The notes: a model not told the origin generated them from the sequence alone. Shown: positions 13,401 to 25,258, numbered from the stretch's first letter. The stretch is DNA of 64,000 nt from Lytechinus pictus (GCF_037042905.1 NC_087249.1:14260001-14324000); one strand, 5' to 3'. Program-made: numbers and translations.

Positions 13401-14416
13401 TATCATCATCCCATTCCATGAAAGATCTCATAGTATAAGCTAATAGAAAAGGCTATCCTATGAAGCTACATGTTTCAATATAAGAAGTTTGATAAATAGC
13501 TAAGGGGACATTACACATTAAATTCACTGCAGTATTGGAGAAGAACATTTCAACACCTCAACAAAATCCTGTCAAACATAATGTTTCTCTCTCTTAAAGG
13601 AATGATCCGGGCTGGAAATATTTATATTCAAATAAATAAAGCAAAATGCTGAAAAATTCATCAAAATCGGACAACAAACAACGAAATTATTGAATTTTAA
13701 AGTTTATCAATATATTTTGAAAACAGTTATATGCACACGGGCAGCACACCCCACCTTCCGTTTTCTTATGTCACCACATGAAATCACAAATGTTTCATCC
13801 TTTGACACATGCGCAAATGACGTGTTAGAATACTAATATTGCCCTCAGAGGCAATCACAACTTTTGGGCCCCGTCTTACAAAGAGTTACGATTGATCCTA
13901 TCAACCTCAAGTATATGCAAATCCACCAACGCCATATTTTTTTCTTCAGTTAATTGGCAATTTGCAAATAGAAGCACGTTGAATTTAAAAAAAAAATATG
14001 AATGTATGAATATACAGCATAATCTAGAAATTATTTTGAACAAACGTGTATTTTAGATGTTGGCGTTGCTGGCTTTCCATAGTTGTGTCAGGTCCATTGG
14101 ATCAATCGAAACTCTGTAAGACGAGGGCCCTTAACAAATAAATCAATCTCCTTATTAGATGATCTAATTTGGATATTCATTTCAGAAATTTAAACTAAAA
14201 TGAGGATGAATTTCTACATGTCCTTTCGTTGATAAAGAATCAGAGAAAATCATTTCAAGAAATGTTGAAGAAAAAAAAAATTACCTGTATTTTTTCCACT
14301 CCACGAGCACAGGCGACAACAATCATCCCATGTCTTACAAGGGCTCTAGTAATTGCTGCTCCAATACCAACAGATGCTCCTGTTACCAAGGCAACTCGTC
14401 CAACCCATCTCTCCAT
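4399..14416 (-). CDS. DHRS11: Dehydrogenase/reductase SDR family member 11-like, paralogue A (7 coding exons, 251 aa)
   Basis: Exons 14416-14285, 12645-12436, 10953-10859, 9870-9750, 7131-7042, 6593-6528, 4440-4399. All are GT-AG with consistent phases and total 756 nt. N-terminus [19 protein letters not shown] (TGxxxGxG), NNAA, catalytic S and [14 protein letters not shown]-terminus [13 protein letters not shown]. Confidence 0.93.
4721..5595 (-). mobile_element. Helentron-associated (HINE/DINE-like) non-autonomous element with ~162-bp internal tandem repeats
   Basis: Subterminal inverted repeat GTCTCACCTGCAT (4743) / ATGCAGGTGAGAC (5578), a terminal hairpin and T-run ends. About five internal units; TGACCTTTGACCT at 4935, 5097, 5259 and 5451. 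Confidence 0.65.
6093..6283 (-). mobile_element. tRNA-derived SINE (Deu/SURF-like body)
   Basis: Minus strand shows A box TGGCCGAGTGG and B box GGTTCGAATCC, followed by CACTCAACCCAGGTG...TACCCGGCAGG. Confidence 0.75.
6528..6593 (-). CDS. DHRS11: DHRS11-like A exon 6 ([22 protein letters not shown])
   Basis: 66 nt, cag/gtatga boundaries. Confidence 0.9.
7042..7131 (-). CDS. DHRS11: DHRS11-like A exon 5 ([30 protein letters not shown])
   Basis: 90 nt, cag/gtggg boundaries. Confidence 0.9.
7358..7581 (+). mobile_element. hAT-type MITE (family also at 11157-11447 and 43651-43915)
   Basis: CATGGCCCTGG...CCCGGGCCCT termini with a near-perfect 8-bp TSD (ATTTTAAT / ATTGTAAT). Confidence 0.7.
7670..8344 (-). 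mobile_element. Older truncated copy of the Tc1/mariner-type MITE at 30594-31556
   Basis: Reverse-complement homology to 30594-31520. One TIR retained (TTTTCAAAGTG...GATATGCACTG-TA). Confidence 0.7.
9304..9730. mobile_element. Harbinger-like MITE with a nested foldback MITE (~9457-9700)
   Basis: Outer IR GGCGGTCGTTTCATAAAGCTG / CAGCTTTGAGAAATACCGCC. Inner IR AAAAACTGTGGTGTTA / TAACACCACAGTTTTT. Confidence 0.6.
9750..9870 (-). CDS. DHRS11: DHRS11-like A exon 4 (catalytic S, YCGTK)
   Basis: 121 nt; (S)[40 protein letters not shown]. Confidence 0.92.
10256..10493. mobile_element. Foldback MITE (CAC...GTG termini)
   Basis: Arms of about 67 bp are near-perfect reverse complements, and the interior is also partly palindromic. 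Confidence 0.75.
10859..10953 (-). CDS. DHRS11: DHRS11-like A exon 3 ([31 protein letters not shown])
   Basis: 95 nt, phase 0-2, cag/gtgag boundaries. Confidence 0.92.
11157..11447 (-). mobile_element. hAT-type MITE
   Basis: Inverted copy of the 43651 family. TSD ATGTTTGA / ATGTTGGA. Confidence 0.7.
11891..12388. mobile_element. Degenerate TTAA-type (Kolobok-like) MITE
   Basis: TTAAAGGGATGTTCACCCTG ... CAGGGTAAACTTCCC. Same family as 57461-57953 and 19801-20152. Confidence 0.55.
12436..12645 (-). CDS. DHRS11: DHRS11-like A exon 2
   Basis: 210 nt; [70 protein letters not shown]. Confidence 0.92.
13866..14130. mobile_element. Harbinger-type MITE
   Basis: TIRs GGGCCCCGTCTTACAAAGAGTTACGATTGATCC / GGATCAATCGAAACTCTGTAAGACGAGGGCCC. 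Confidence 0.7.
14285..14416 (-). CDS. DHRS11: DHRS11-like A first coding exon ([44 protein letters not shown])
   Basis: 132 nt. The ATG lies 4 nt after a splice acceptor (ttcag|TACAATG); CAG|gtaa donor. Confidence 0.93.
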
Positions 14417-15347
14417 TGTACTGAAGAAACAATGAAAACATATTTAACAAAAGGAGTATGCCGAGAAAACTGTCACAAAATTGTTTAACAGTACTTGTGA
14501 AATGCTACTACAAAGTCGAACTACTAATTCTTGAGTCATCAGAAATATAATGGACCTACTTACGTTTTCTGTCCTGCATCGCCTATATTTGTTGTTTTGA
14601 AAATAGAGACAAGGTGCAGTTGCACCCAAAGAGTCAAGTACTTTTGTTCTACCCAAATATCATTTTGTCAATTGACATTTGGTCCAAATATTATCTCACT
14701 TCTATANNNNNNNNNNNNNNNNNNNNNNNNNNNNNNNNNNNNNNNNNNNNNNNNNNNNNNNNNNNNNNNNNNNNNNNNNNNNNNNNNNNNNNNNNNNNNN
14801 NNNNNNNNNNNNNNNNNNNNNNNNNNNNNNNNNNNNNNNNNNNNNNNNNNNNNNNNNNNNNNNNNNNNATCCTAGACCAGTATAAGGCGCGCAAGGCCAT
14901 GCAGCATTTGACCTTTTAAAATTAAAATATATTATGTGACAGATTTTAAACATATCAAGAGAAAAATGTTATGTTTGCCCCTTTTCCTATCATTTTCCCT
15001 GTTTATCTTTCGGTTGTGGGGGGGGGGGGGCACCAAACGCAGTTATCTGTGTGACAGTGACTAGCGCTGCAGCACCGTCAGTATCGTATTCAAAATCAAG
15101 TTGTGTTTAGATAGAAACGTGCTGCTCTGCTGTATGATGCCCAAAGAGAAACTGAAGAAACTGAAAAGCACCAACTAAGAGTATGCTACATTTGCTTGAA
15201 ATATTTAGAAAATTATTTAGTTTGTATCGTACACGTACAGTGAGAACTTAGCCATGGAGGTGGGGTGGTCTGGTAACACTCAACACCCGCAGTGACATGA
15301 TAACCCTCCACGACCAGGGCCTTGTTGGACAGTATAGGCTTCCTCAC

Positions 15348-16290
15348 CTGTGTGGTTCTGGTGGTAGGTGTGCAAGATGTCCAGTATATCAGTTGAGAGA
15401 GGATTCTAAATGCTCTTTTTCAATCCGTGAATTCTCTACGCAATCTCTGGACTCTGAACATCGACATACATGCAGTAACCTGTGAAGTTTCCTACCATTG
15501 ATATTCACCCAGTGTACACATTGCGGCTGACTGATTTTGAATAGATCTGATTCCGACACGGGAGTAGACCCAATCAATATTTTAAAAATCCAATTAACAT
15601 CAACTACAACGATACCTAGACCACTTAAGGCCGAATATTCCGGTCACTTTCCAAGAGATTATATTGGCCCTATAATAGCGACCAATCACTGTTTGACATG
15701 GATGATTAATGAAAAGATAATGACACGCATAGATCCTTCAAAATAGAACGGCTTATGAGCTATAAAAAAAGGGGGTGGGGACTGGAGCAATATATGGGGA
15801 AATACCTAAAAGAAGAGGATCGAGCTTCTCTAGCATTAGAAGAAGGCAGTTCACGTTACAGAAGCGTATGTGGATAATGGTTTCATCCGATTGAGACGTT
15901 CAATTTGTGACGTCACAGTGGTGGGCAGGATAAGCGAGAAAAGGAGGAAGAAAGGGGGTGGGTGAGCCAGAGAAAGTTAACAAAAGTTTGACAAAGCGTC
16001 GAGACTTCTAAAAGAGAAGGCCAGATTCATTTGTGCACAATCATAATCCGCATTGAAATCAGATCTATTCAAAATCAGTCAATGGAAGTGTGTATAGAAA
16101 TTTACGTTGGAACGTTCGCGACTGACTGCATGTCCAGGCCAGAGACTGAAAACAGAATCCTCGATTTCAGGGCGTTTATTAATGAACATGCTATGCCACC
16201 TTAGAGGCTCTGTAATTTAGAATTAAACAACCTTTCCCAACTGATAGAATGGTAATTCTTCGCACATTATAGTACATCAGAACCAAACAG
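15348..16290. promoter_or_regulatory. Putative bidirectional promoter with two divergent non-coding first exons for DHRS11-like A and B
   Basis: Identical inverted 25-mer AATCAGATCTATTCAAAATCAGTCA (15528-15552 minus, 16057-16081 plus) ending in an Inr-like TCAGT. Homologous donors CAGAACCACACAG|gtgag (minus, 15348) and CAGAACCAAACAG|gtaag (16290). CCAAT at 15682 and CRE TGACGTCA at 15908 lie between them. Confidence 0.65.
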
Positions 16291-16315
16291 GTAAGTTTCA
16301 CTATACGATACGGTA

Positions 16316-16567
16316 CACTGTAAAAAATATTGGTAAAATTTAACCAGCGCTACAGGGTAATTATGTTTCCAACCAATTTGGGGCAATTACCCAATGCGGG
16401 GAGCACATATTGTCCAGTAAGGTTAAAAAAATAAGCAGCAATTACTTTAGAATGGGCAAAATTTTCATCACACTGGATAAATAAAAATGCCCAAAAGAAA
16501 TGCACACTCTTGGTTGGACAAAATAATTACCCTCATGAGGCATTTTTACCCAATATTTTATTGAGTG
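16316..16567. mobile_element. MITE (CAC...GTG termini; inverted copy at 50680-50928)
   Basis: Reverse-complement homology between the two loci along their full length. Confidence 0.6.
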
Positions 16568-16906
16568 TATGGCTTAGCAAAAATGTTTTATATAATCTGA
16601 ACGGATTCTAAATTATATCTCCGTCTATAAACTTGAGTTAGTTGCTGTTTCGATGTCCCGAAGATACACTTAAAATGTGTGTGTGTATGTGCGGACATGT
16701 TATTTTCCATACATGTAATAATAATCATGTGCTCTCAAATTATCGCAAAACAGAAAATGCAAGTAGAAGATCTATTAGATTTCTATAATTCTATTACATG
16801 TAACTCAAAGGTTTGAACTGGCAGGTCACAAATGTTAATGCCAAACTGTCTTCTTAAAATCTTTCTCCTCTCTTAAACCCCTTTTCGATTATTTTTTTTT
16901 AGTACA

Positions 16907-17038
16907 ATGGAGAGATGGGTTGGACGAGTTGCCTTGGTAACAGGAGCATCTGTTGGTATTGGAGCAGCAATTACTAGAGCCCTTGTAAGACATGGGATGA
17001 TTGTTGTTGCCTGTGCTCGTGGAGTGGAAAAAATACAG
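16907..17038 (+). CDS. DHRS11: DHRS11-like B first coding exon
   Basis: 132 nt, tttag|TACAATG, CAG|gtaat. Confidence 0.93.
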
Positions 17039-19446
17039 GTAATTTTTGTCTTCAACATTTGCCTGAACTCTGTTCTCAGATAATTTGTCAACAAAAGTAC
17101 TCATTAACTTTAATTTCTCAAGTTAAGTTTACCAGAATTTTTAGTCATCTGGAGTTGCGATTGATTTCTGATTTTGTTTCAACGAAAGAACACAATTCTT
17201 CCTCATTTATCTTTGATTTCCCAAGTGAAGGGCTACCCAACTCTGACGTCATCTTATAAAGAGTTGTGATTGATTAAAGTTAATAACAAATTGAGATTGT
17301 CTTACTTACCTCAAAACATGATTGGTATATATCAATATAATATAATTTTCACAAAGCGTTGGGTAGACTTTTCGGGAATTTAGGGGGGGGGGGGGGCTTT
17401 CCAAAATGGTAGGGTTACGCGATTGCCCGATTTGGACGCGATAACCCGATGCAATGGAAAAGATCCACTTGAAGAGCGTCAATGTGCAAACCAGTATGTG
17501 GTATATATCTGCATTTCCACAATAACCAATAATCTTTTTTTTTTCATGTATAAACCAGGCGATAAAATGTGAGCTGGAAGCTGAGTCTGCGCCTGGTAAA
17601 GTTCATCCAATCCAATGTGATCTTAGAAAGAAAGATCAGATATCAGCCATGTTTGAAGAGATCAAGAAGGAGTTTAAAGTAGTTCATGTCTGCATCAATA
17701 ATGCAGGCCTTACCTACGGTACGAAACTTGTGTCAGGGGATCCAGAAGAGTGGCAAGAAGCCCTACATGTAAGTGGCAGTTCTCGGATTATATACCATTA
17801 CAAGGTATATAATGCGAGCGCGAAGCGTGAACGAGATGCATATCTAACAATAATGCTAGCGCGTAGCGCGAGCTCAAATTTTGTATATTTGGGACTACTG
17901 GCCCGAAAAGTGGAACATTTTACTATTTTTGAAGGATTCATGACGACAAGATGTTCCCTAATTAATAAAATCATAATAATCATATAAGCGCGAGCTGAGA
18001 ATTTTTGATATTCAGACATAAAACTTGGTATATCTAACCAAACAGTCGACATGGTCAATTCGAGCGCGGTGCAGCACCGTGTTCTATCATCTCATAATAT
18101 TGGAATAATTAATATTGCCCCTTTTTTATTTACATCTCAGGTAAATGTCATGGCTCTGTGTATTTGCACTCAAAATTCAATCAAACTAATGCTGGACAAT
18201 AAAGTAAATGATGGACAGATCATACATCTAAATAGGTGAGTCAATAAGATTTGTTATCATTTCCCTTAGTGTTGATGGCTTCATGACTCTGATTAAATGT
18301 AACAAGGACTTAAAGTGTTATACTTATACTCTCCTCTTTCAGAAGTGAAGATTTGATTTCAGTTCCCAGTTCTTTTTATTTGTTTCCCTTTGTGTATATG
18401 CATTTCAACTTCCTTTCATGATTTGCTTCTGCAATTTCTTTGTAACTGTTGATTTTAATATGTTCGATAAACATTTCAAGATAAAAAAATGTCATTGTTT
18501 ACTACTACCCTCCCTAGCGAGGTTTTACCCCCAACAAGCTGCTGCCCTTACTCCCTCAAATAAAAAAAAGAGAGAAGAGAGAGAGAGGGCGGGGGGGGGG
18601 GAGAATGATAGAAGTGACGATAATAATGAGAATGATAAAAATAACGATAATGACAATAATTATTAATAGTAATAATACCACAACAACAACAACTACTACT
18701 ACTGCTACTACTACTACTACTATATACTACTGCTGCTACTATTGCTACTACTACTACTACTTACATATATATTAATAATAATGATATCGATGATAATAAT
18801 AAAGATACATGTATATTAATAAGGGGTTGCATAACATTTAATTGAATAAGAAATAACTCTGTTTCTTCAGGGTATCATGAAATACGATTCATATTAAAGT
18901 TGAGGGTTTGTGTTCCGAATATTTCTTAACTTTCACAGAATGTATGAAATATTATTACTTGCAAATTCTTTAAAATTGCTGTCTTGTCCGGACTTACCAC
19001 AAATGGATAAGACAATTCAAGTCTATTTTCAGTCCGGCTCTAGAAGTTTTCTTTGATAGGGTGCATATTTACTTCGATGAGATCATCATTTATTGGATAA
19101 GTAAAACACACCTGAGAAAAATATGAATCATAATTCTTGCTTGATTCGGCAGTTTGTCAGGTCACAGGGTCTTAGGAGATGGATTTTACTGTGCAACCAA
19201 GTACATGGTGACAGCTTTGACGGAAGGATTGAGAACAGAACTGAGGGCAATGAAAACCAATATCAGAGTTTCTGTAAGTTTTCAAAGTTTTATTGTTATC
19301 AGGTGTATTGTTGTTATACTGTAATATGCTTTCTAATATCCCCTTATCAAGTACGTCATTACGACATTAATATTAATGTTATTATTGTCATTGTTATTAT
19401 CATTAATTATTATTTTATGTATTATTATGTATTAGTATCATTATTA

Positions 19447-19487
<41 letters not shown>

Positions 19488-21360
19488 GTCATTATTATCA
19501 TTATTATAATTATTAACATCATCTTCATCATTAACTTTATTATTATTATTATCATTACTATAAAATATCAAAATAACCGTAAAAATTCATGCGGATCGCT
19601 GATGAATAACAGCTTTGGAGAAAGCATGAATTGCAATTATGCACAGTGAGACAGTGAGTTACCGTCTTTATTTGATAGTCTAAATATTTTTAAACTGTAT
19701 TGCAGAGTATTTCACCAGGAGTTGTTAAGACTGAATTTGCACCAAGGAGATTACGAGAGGATCCTGCAGAATGTTTGATATATCAGAAAAAGCTGGTAAG
19801 TTAAATGGGAGTTCACCCTGATGATAAAGATGTTTTAACAAAACTAGAGAAATGGAGAAATGTTGAATATGTTGAAGGTTTGGTGAAAATCCATGAATCA
19901 AAGAATAAGAAAGTTAGAACCTTTTAAAATTTGCATTTGTGACGTCATATCATATGCGACCACCTGCCCTATGTCATGTTATATAAATTCCTCCTTTTTA
20001 ATGATTCAATGATGGCTGAAATATAATTTCTAATAGAAGCTGGAATAAAATAGCATGTCTGCATGATTATAAAAAGCACAATCTTATGTGTTTTTATATA
20101 TTTCTTTGCTTTTATCAAAACCAACTTCAAGCAAGGGCGAACTTGCATTTAAATGAACTAAAAGGGAGCTTGGTACTTAGGCAGATCATAAATTTATTTT
20201 ACTTTTTGAATAGATACTTAGGTGTTGAAATGTAGAAACAAACAAACGTTTTTTTTTAATTCATCAAAACTGATCGGATAAAATATCGTTATGACCACTA
20301 CACTAAATACATTATTTAGTGTGCCAAATCTTTATCATTGAGGGGAATGCCTTTTCATTGTCACAAACTATATTTTGAAAATCCCTTAATATTGTTTATA
20401 ATGAAGTTCCAAGGACAGAGCCTTGAGGAACCCCAAAACTACATCAAGGATTCTTGCGTATCTAGCCTGAATTCCAAAAAAACATCTTGCTTTTAATTAT
20501 TTCTTTCGTCATCAAATGATAAGGTCAAGTACTGAACCAAACTTTCATGAGATGGCTTATATTTTAATGGAAATTGGAATGTTTTGCTGAATAATGAATT
20601 TCCTTTTAATAATAAATTTTAATCCATTTTAATCCTAATTATTAGCCCCTCGAAGCAGAAGATGTTGCCAATCAAGTCATTCACATTCTCCAGCAGCCTC
20701 CTCATGTTCAGGTATGATAGAATGATTTGGAGTGAACTTGAGAGACTATGACATCAATACAAAATACACGTAGACCCTATATCTACGAAGGGCCATATAT
20801 CTCTTTCATGGGCGCAGAAAGGTTTATTCATTAGTATAAATGACAAGTCATGTGATCTTAATCACGTTTCGGTGTCAAAAATGGCAGAGGTTAAAATGGC
20901 AGAAGTAATAATAGCAGAGTTAAAAATGGCAGGAAAATCTGGCAGAGTTAAAAATAGAAAGAATCTGGACAATCCTAATAACTTTCAAGGAGGTCATTAG
21001 AAGAACAAAATTTAATCGTGATAAATTCGTTCTAATCAAATAGACTGGAAACCTTAGGGTATTGATAATTAGGATTATTTTTTTTCTTCTATTTCTTAAA
21101 TTTATGATTATGATTATGGTGTTTTGCGTAAATTTTTCGACAAAACACATAATTTTCTCAAAATTTCATTCTTTTCTAATTGTTCAGGTGCTGGTAGCAT
21201 ACTTATCACCAGAAAGTTGGTCGAAACACATCGAGTTGAAATCACGACCTCAAAACTTTAAATGGCAAAGTAATTTATGAAAAATCTTGCATTATATCAT
21301 ATTTTCTATCTTTTTTAGATCCATGATATATTGCTCCGTCATACCGAGCAGAAGACATAG
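16907..21360 (+). CDS. DHRS11: Dehydrogenase/reductase SDR family member 11-like, paralogue B (7 coding exons, 251 aa)
   Basis: Exons 16907-17038, 17559-17768, 18141-18235, 19153-19273, 19706-19795, 20646-20711, 21319-21360. All are GT-AG and total 756 nt. [18 protein letters not shown]-terminus [13 protein letters not shown]. Confidence 0.94.
17559..17768 (+). CDS. DHRS11: DHRS11-like B exon 2
   Basis: 210 nt, contains CINNAG; cag/gtaagt boundaries. Confidence 0.92.
17813..18070 (+). repeat. Intronic copy of the GCGAGCGCGAAGCG repeat family
   Basis: Same motifs as 1-880. Confidence 0.55.
18141..18235 (+). CDS. DHRS11: DHRS11-like B exon 3
   Basis: 95 nt; [31 protein letters not shown]. 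Confidence 0.92.
18678..18761. repeat. (CAA)n/(CTA)n microsatellite
   Basis: Directly visible. Confidence 0.85.
19153..19273 (+). CDS. DHRS11: DHRS11-like B exon 4 (YCATK)
   Basis: 121 nt; (S)[40 protein letters not shown]. Confidence 0.92.
19378..19556. repeat. (TTA)n microsatellite
   Basis: Directly visible. Explains the poly-Leu tail of ORF 19123-19509. Confidence 0.85.
19706..19795 (+). CDS. DHRS11: DHRS11-like B exon 5 ([30 protein letters not shown])
   Basis: 90 nt, cag/gtaag boundaries. Confidence 0.9.
20646..20711 (+). CDS. DHRS11: DHRS11-like B exon 6 ([22 protein letters not shown])
   Basis: 66 nt, tag/gtatga boundaries. Confidence 0.9.
21319..21360 (+). CDS. DHRS11: DHRS11-like B exon 7 ([13 protein letters not shown])
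   Basis: 42 nt, tttttag acceptor, TAG stop. Confidence 0.9.
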   Translation: MHDILLRHTEQKT

Positions 21361-24005
21361 AAGAATCTAAACCCACGACATCCAGCAAGCAAGATGTGAT
21401 TTGAGACCAGTATTAAAAGGCTACATCAAATACTTATGTTCTCTACGAAACATTTTTTTCTTCAAAATAACCCTTCATTTCTTTGTTTTCATCTCATTCA
21501 AAAACGTCTGAAGTAATGATTACCAGTATTGCATGAACATCGAGGGTGCCAAATAATTTCTACTGAATACTACGAAGATTTAAAGATCATGGAATATATT
21601 TTGTTTCCGTATGCAAACTAATAAATTTTGAGGGACCTAAATTCCTGAGGTTTTAAACTAAAGTAGAAATCAGTTTTTCATTTTACCAAAACAATACCTC
21701 ATCGCACACAAAATGTATTACATTGTATATATGGATCTTTTTTGCCATAAATTCAAACTGAATCAACTTATTTCGACGCTCATTTATATATTAATAATTT
21801 TGAATCGATTATTCTTCGATAAACTTGCAAATGTTATACATTAAAAACCAACATATATCGTTCTTAATATATAGATATATATATTTAGATTGGTGATAAG
21901 ATAATAGAGATACTTTCATTTACCAGATAGAAGAAACTGCTGTTTTTCGGAAAACATAGTCTAGATCAACTATTTCTTCCGGCAATCTGTAAGTCCCCCT
22001 TTTCAATTATATGTTTTATTGACAGATTGCTTTTTTCAATGTTTGCGCCTTTATATAAGCTATCTTAGACGGGAATTTCTGGAAAATTATCAAATTTTGT
22101 TCATAGGTAATTATACCGCAGCTCATCTGAAAACCAGATTTGCCACTAATTTACTTCATGATGTCCTCAAGGTCAGTTGAACATGTTTTACCTTACATAC
22201 GAATCTACGGTGATCATTCGTAATATACCTTACGCTTATGACGTCATATATTCTTACGGCGCCCTCGGAGGCTAGGCCTATAACCATGATGATAATAAAA
22301 CGCGTAAATGGAGTTGGCAAAGAATGCAAGGCAATTATCTTCAGCCTCTAAAATGGCGGAGCGATGAAGTCGATGGAAAAGGCCTTGTACAAATGTGCAA
22401 TAATACAAACGTAGAGCACAAAGTATCACTTATTTTTCTTTTGTATTATTATGGTGTTTAAGCTTGAATTTACATGTTTTTTTTCTTCATAATAATTATT
22501 GGAATTGTGTTTTGAAGAAAAGATAACTTAATGAAAAGAATGAGCATTTGATTCATGTAGGGGTTGTGTTTTTGTTTCTTTTCTTAGCTGTGAATTAATA
22601 AATCAGAATTCGAAGAAGAGTTGATATTAACCTGAATTAACGAATGTGTCCGATAAAGTTAGCAAAGCTGTTAATGCATTGAAACTGTCAACAAACTAAA
22701 TTTGCCTCAATACAGACCTTCCAACCATTCTGAATTTTGAGGAAAGAATTTGAATAAATTCCTCATTAGAGTTCTTACTTTTCTTTTCTATTTTCATATT
22801 TTTATGCTACTTGCACTCCAGCTTTTAAGAAATGTATTTTTTTGGAGCAAAATCATCACTCATTTTTATCAGATAGGTTGATAGGTCTGCATTAGGGACT
22901 ATTAATTTTCAATTATCCAATGTTCAAGGGTGAAGTTCTGCTATAAATTGTAGACCTATATTCATTACAGTTTCATTGAAAGTGAGCACTGTCACAACAC
23001 GGCTGGTACCAAAGGCAAAGTTATTTCTTGAATAAGATGAATTTTTCGATGTAACAACAGATTCTTGAGCTAACGCGATAGTTTTATGTTGTAGATGAGA
23101 TCTTGTTGTTTGAGAAGATTAGTTGTGAAATCTTTGACCTGACTTTGATACATTATGTCTAATAATATTTATATTCAATCAGAATTCGATTTCATTTACC
23201 CCAAAGTCAAAACAGGTGGGAAGGGGTTAGGGTAAGACGGCGGGATTTTCGTAAACTGAACGCGATTCTTCCCACCCTTTTCGTACAAGCCTACCCCCCA
23301 GAAATAGGAAAGAAGAAGTGAAAGTTTGTTGGAACACACAAAATAGGAAAAGGATTTGAATTTGGAGGACAGCAGCATTTCAATTTAAAAACTTACGTCG
23401 TGATTTCCCCTTTCTTCATGTTCTTCGCTATCAACGTTTGATGGTGGTAATTAATATTTTACCTTAATATTTTATTTTCTTAGAACGATGTTTGTTAGGC
23501 TGCAAGGTGCGTAGTATAGTTTATATAACTGAATATGAAATTTCGCAATCTTACAATACGTATTGGAGTCAAAAAGTTGGAAAAGACAATAAGATTGTGT
23601 AAAAAGTACTATGGTATTGTGTGTGACGAGTGTGTTAAATCATGGCCGAGTGCAGCGGGGGGGGGGGGGGGTAGTTGCCCCTCCCAGAAATTTTGAAAAC
23701 CTTTATTTATTTAACTGAAAATTGTTCACGAAATTCACCAAAAGTGAGTACGAAGTCTTCCAATTTCATTTTAGGAAATGCAAAAGTGCCCAAGCTTGGT
23801 CGCTTCGCTCCCTCGCTTTCGAGTTTCATTGAACATCTTTAGGCATCCTCCCCCCCCCGAGGAAAAATATTATGCGTGCGGCCATGTGTGAAATTGAATA
23901 GATACATATACTGTACGATAAAGGGAGCATGATCACTGATGATGCGGCCAAATTTTATATGGAAAGAGAGAGAGAGAGAGAGAGCAATGTTGTGCAAACT
24001 TGTTT

Positions 24006-24192
24006 CGCATTGAAAACAGATCTTTTGAAAATCAGTGACCCGCAGTGTATACAATTATATTCAGCTATAGGCCCAAATAATAGTTCAGTTTTATGAAGAT
24101 AGAAAACAAAATTCAAAGGGATTTCATATTACCAATCTTAACTGCCGGGCTGAAAATTCTGGACACCACACATCTCAACCATACCGGTGAGT
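24006..24192 (+). promoter_or_regulatory. Third copy of the DHRS11-like core promoter and non-coding first exon (paralogue C)
   Basis: CGCATTGAAAACAGATCTTTTGAAAATCAGTGA matches B's CGCATTGAAATCAGATCTATTCAAAATCAGTCA. Donor AACCATACCG|gtgagt at 24186/24187. Confidence 0.55.
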
Positions 24193-24663
24193 ATTCTGCA
24201 TGATGGATATTAAATAATGTTCTTGATATTACACGTAAATGTAGTAGATTATAACTGAAGACTTTCCAGTATATTTATACTTCTCTTTTTTAAACATAAT
24301 AATCACTGACCCGAGTCACCTTATTTAGATTAAGCTAGCTGCATGGTTAGACAAGCGGTATGTGCCCGCCGAGGACCCTCCTTTTTACAATAAGTCCGCT
24401 CCAAGGCCCCGGTGTTTTTGTCTCGCCCGCGGCACATACCTACTACTTTTTTGGTCGAGTACCCTGCGCGCGCGGGGGGCGCGTTTCCGTTTTACACCCT
24501 GGCGAAGGCATTTTCCGGAAAAATAGCCACAAAGCGACTATTGAAGAGTCTACGTCTACGTTTGTTTACATAATCAGCTGGGCGCGCGATCCAAAAGTCC
24601 GCACCGAAGATATCCGCAGAACATACGTGCAAATGCAGCTGAGCTTATAGACCAAAAGCTTAA

Positions 24664-25258
24664 AGGGAAATCCAACCCAAATAAAAACTTGTTTTTATAA
24701 GGAAAAGAAAATTCAGACAAGTTGATAGGTGAAAGTTTGAACAATATTGGACAAACTGCAAGAAAGTTATGATTTTTTAAAAGTTGTAAATATTGGTAAT
24801 CACTATACCCATGGAGACTTCAAATTGGCCGCATATGGGATGTCATAGTGATGTAAGGCAAGGACTACTCTTCCATGTACTCCAATACATATTATGGCTA
24901 AAATGTCATTTTTCCCAAAAATTTTATTTCAAATTATATTTTTCTTTCATGAGGACATATAACAATATACTACCTAGGTTATATTTAGATTACTGCCCCA
25001 GGGGAATGGGTACTTAGGAGAAAACCACAAATCCCTGATAATAAAGTACATGGCCTATGGGAAAGTTGTCCTTGCCCCTTGTCATAATTTACTTACTCAG
25101 TTGCCAATTTGAAATCTACATAGAATTAGTGATCTCAATTTTAAAACATCTATAACTTTCTTATTGCTTGTCCGATTTCTTTCAAACTTTTACCATTCTG
25201 TTTAATCTATTTTTCTCCTTCCCAACACAACATTTTATGGCCAAGGCTGGATTCCCCT
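24664..25258. mobile_element. Kolobok-like MITE
   Basis: TTAA on both sides (24660-24663, 25259-25262). TIR AGGGAAATCCAACC / GGCTGGATTCCCCT. Confidence 0.75.

Noticed and set aside
14229-14435. Near-identical ORFs at 14229-14435 (+) and 16873-17094 (-)
   Set aside because: Antisense shadows of the first coding exon of the DHRS11-like genes.
19123-19509. 128-aa ORF with poly-Leu
   Set aside because: Off-frame overlap with B exon 4 plus a (TTA)n microsatellite.
22350-22430. AAAATGGCGG (YY1-like / strong start context)
   Set aside because: The frame closes after a few codons and no downstream exons were found.
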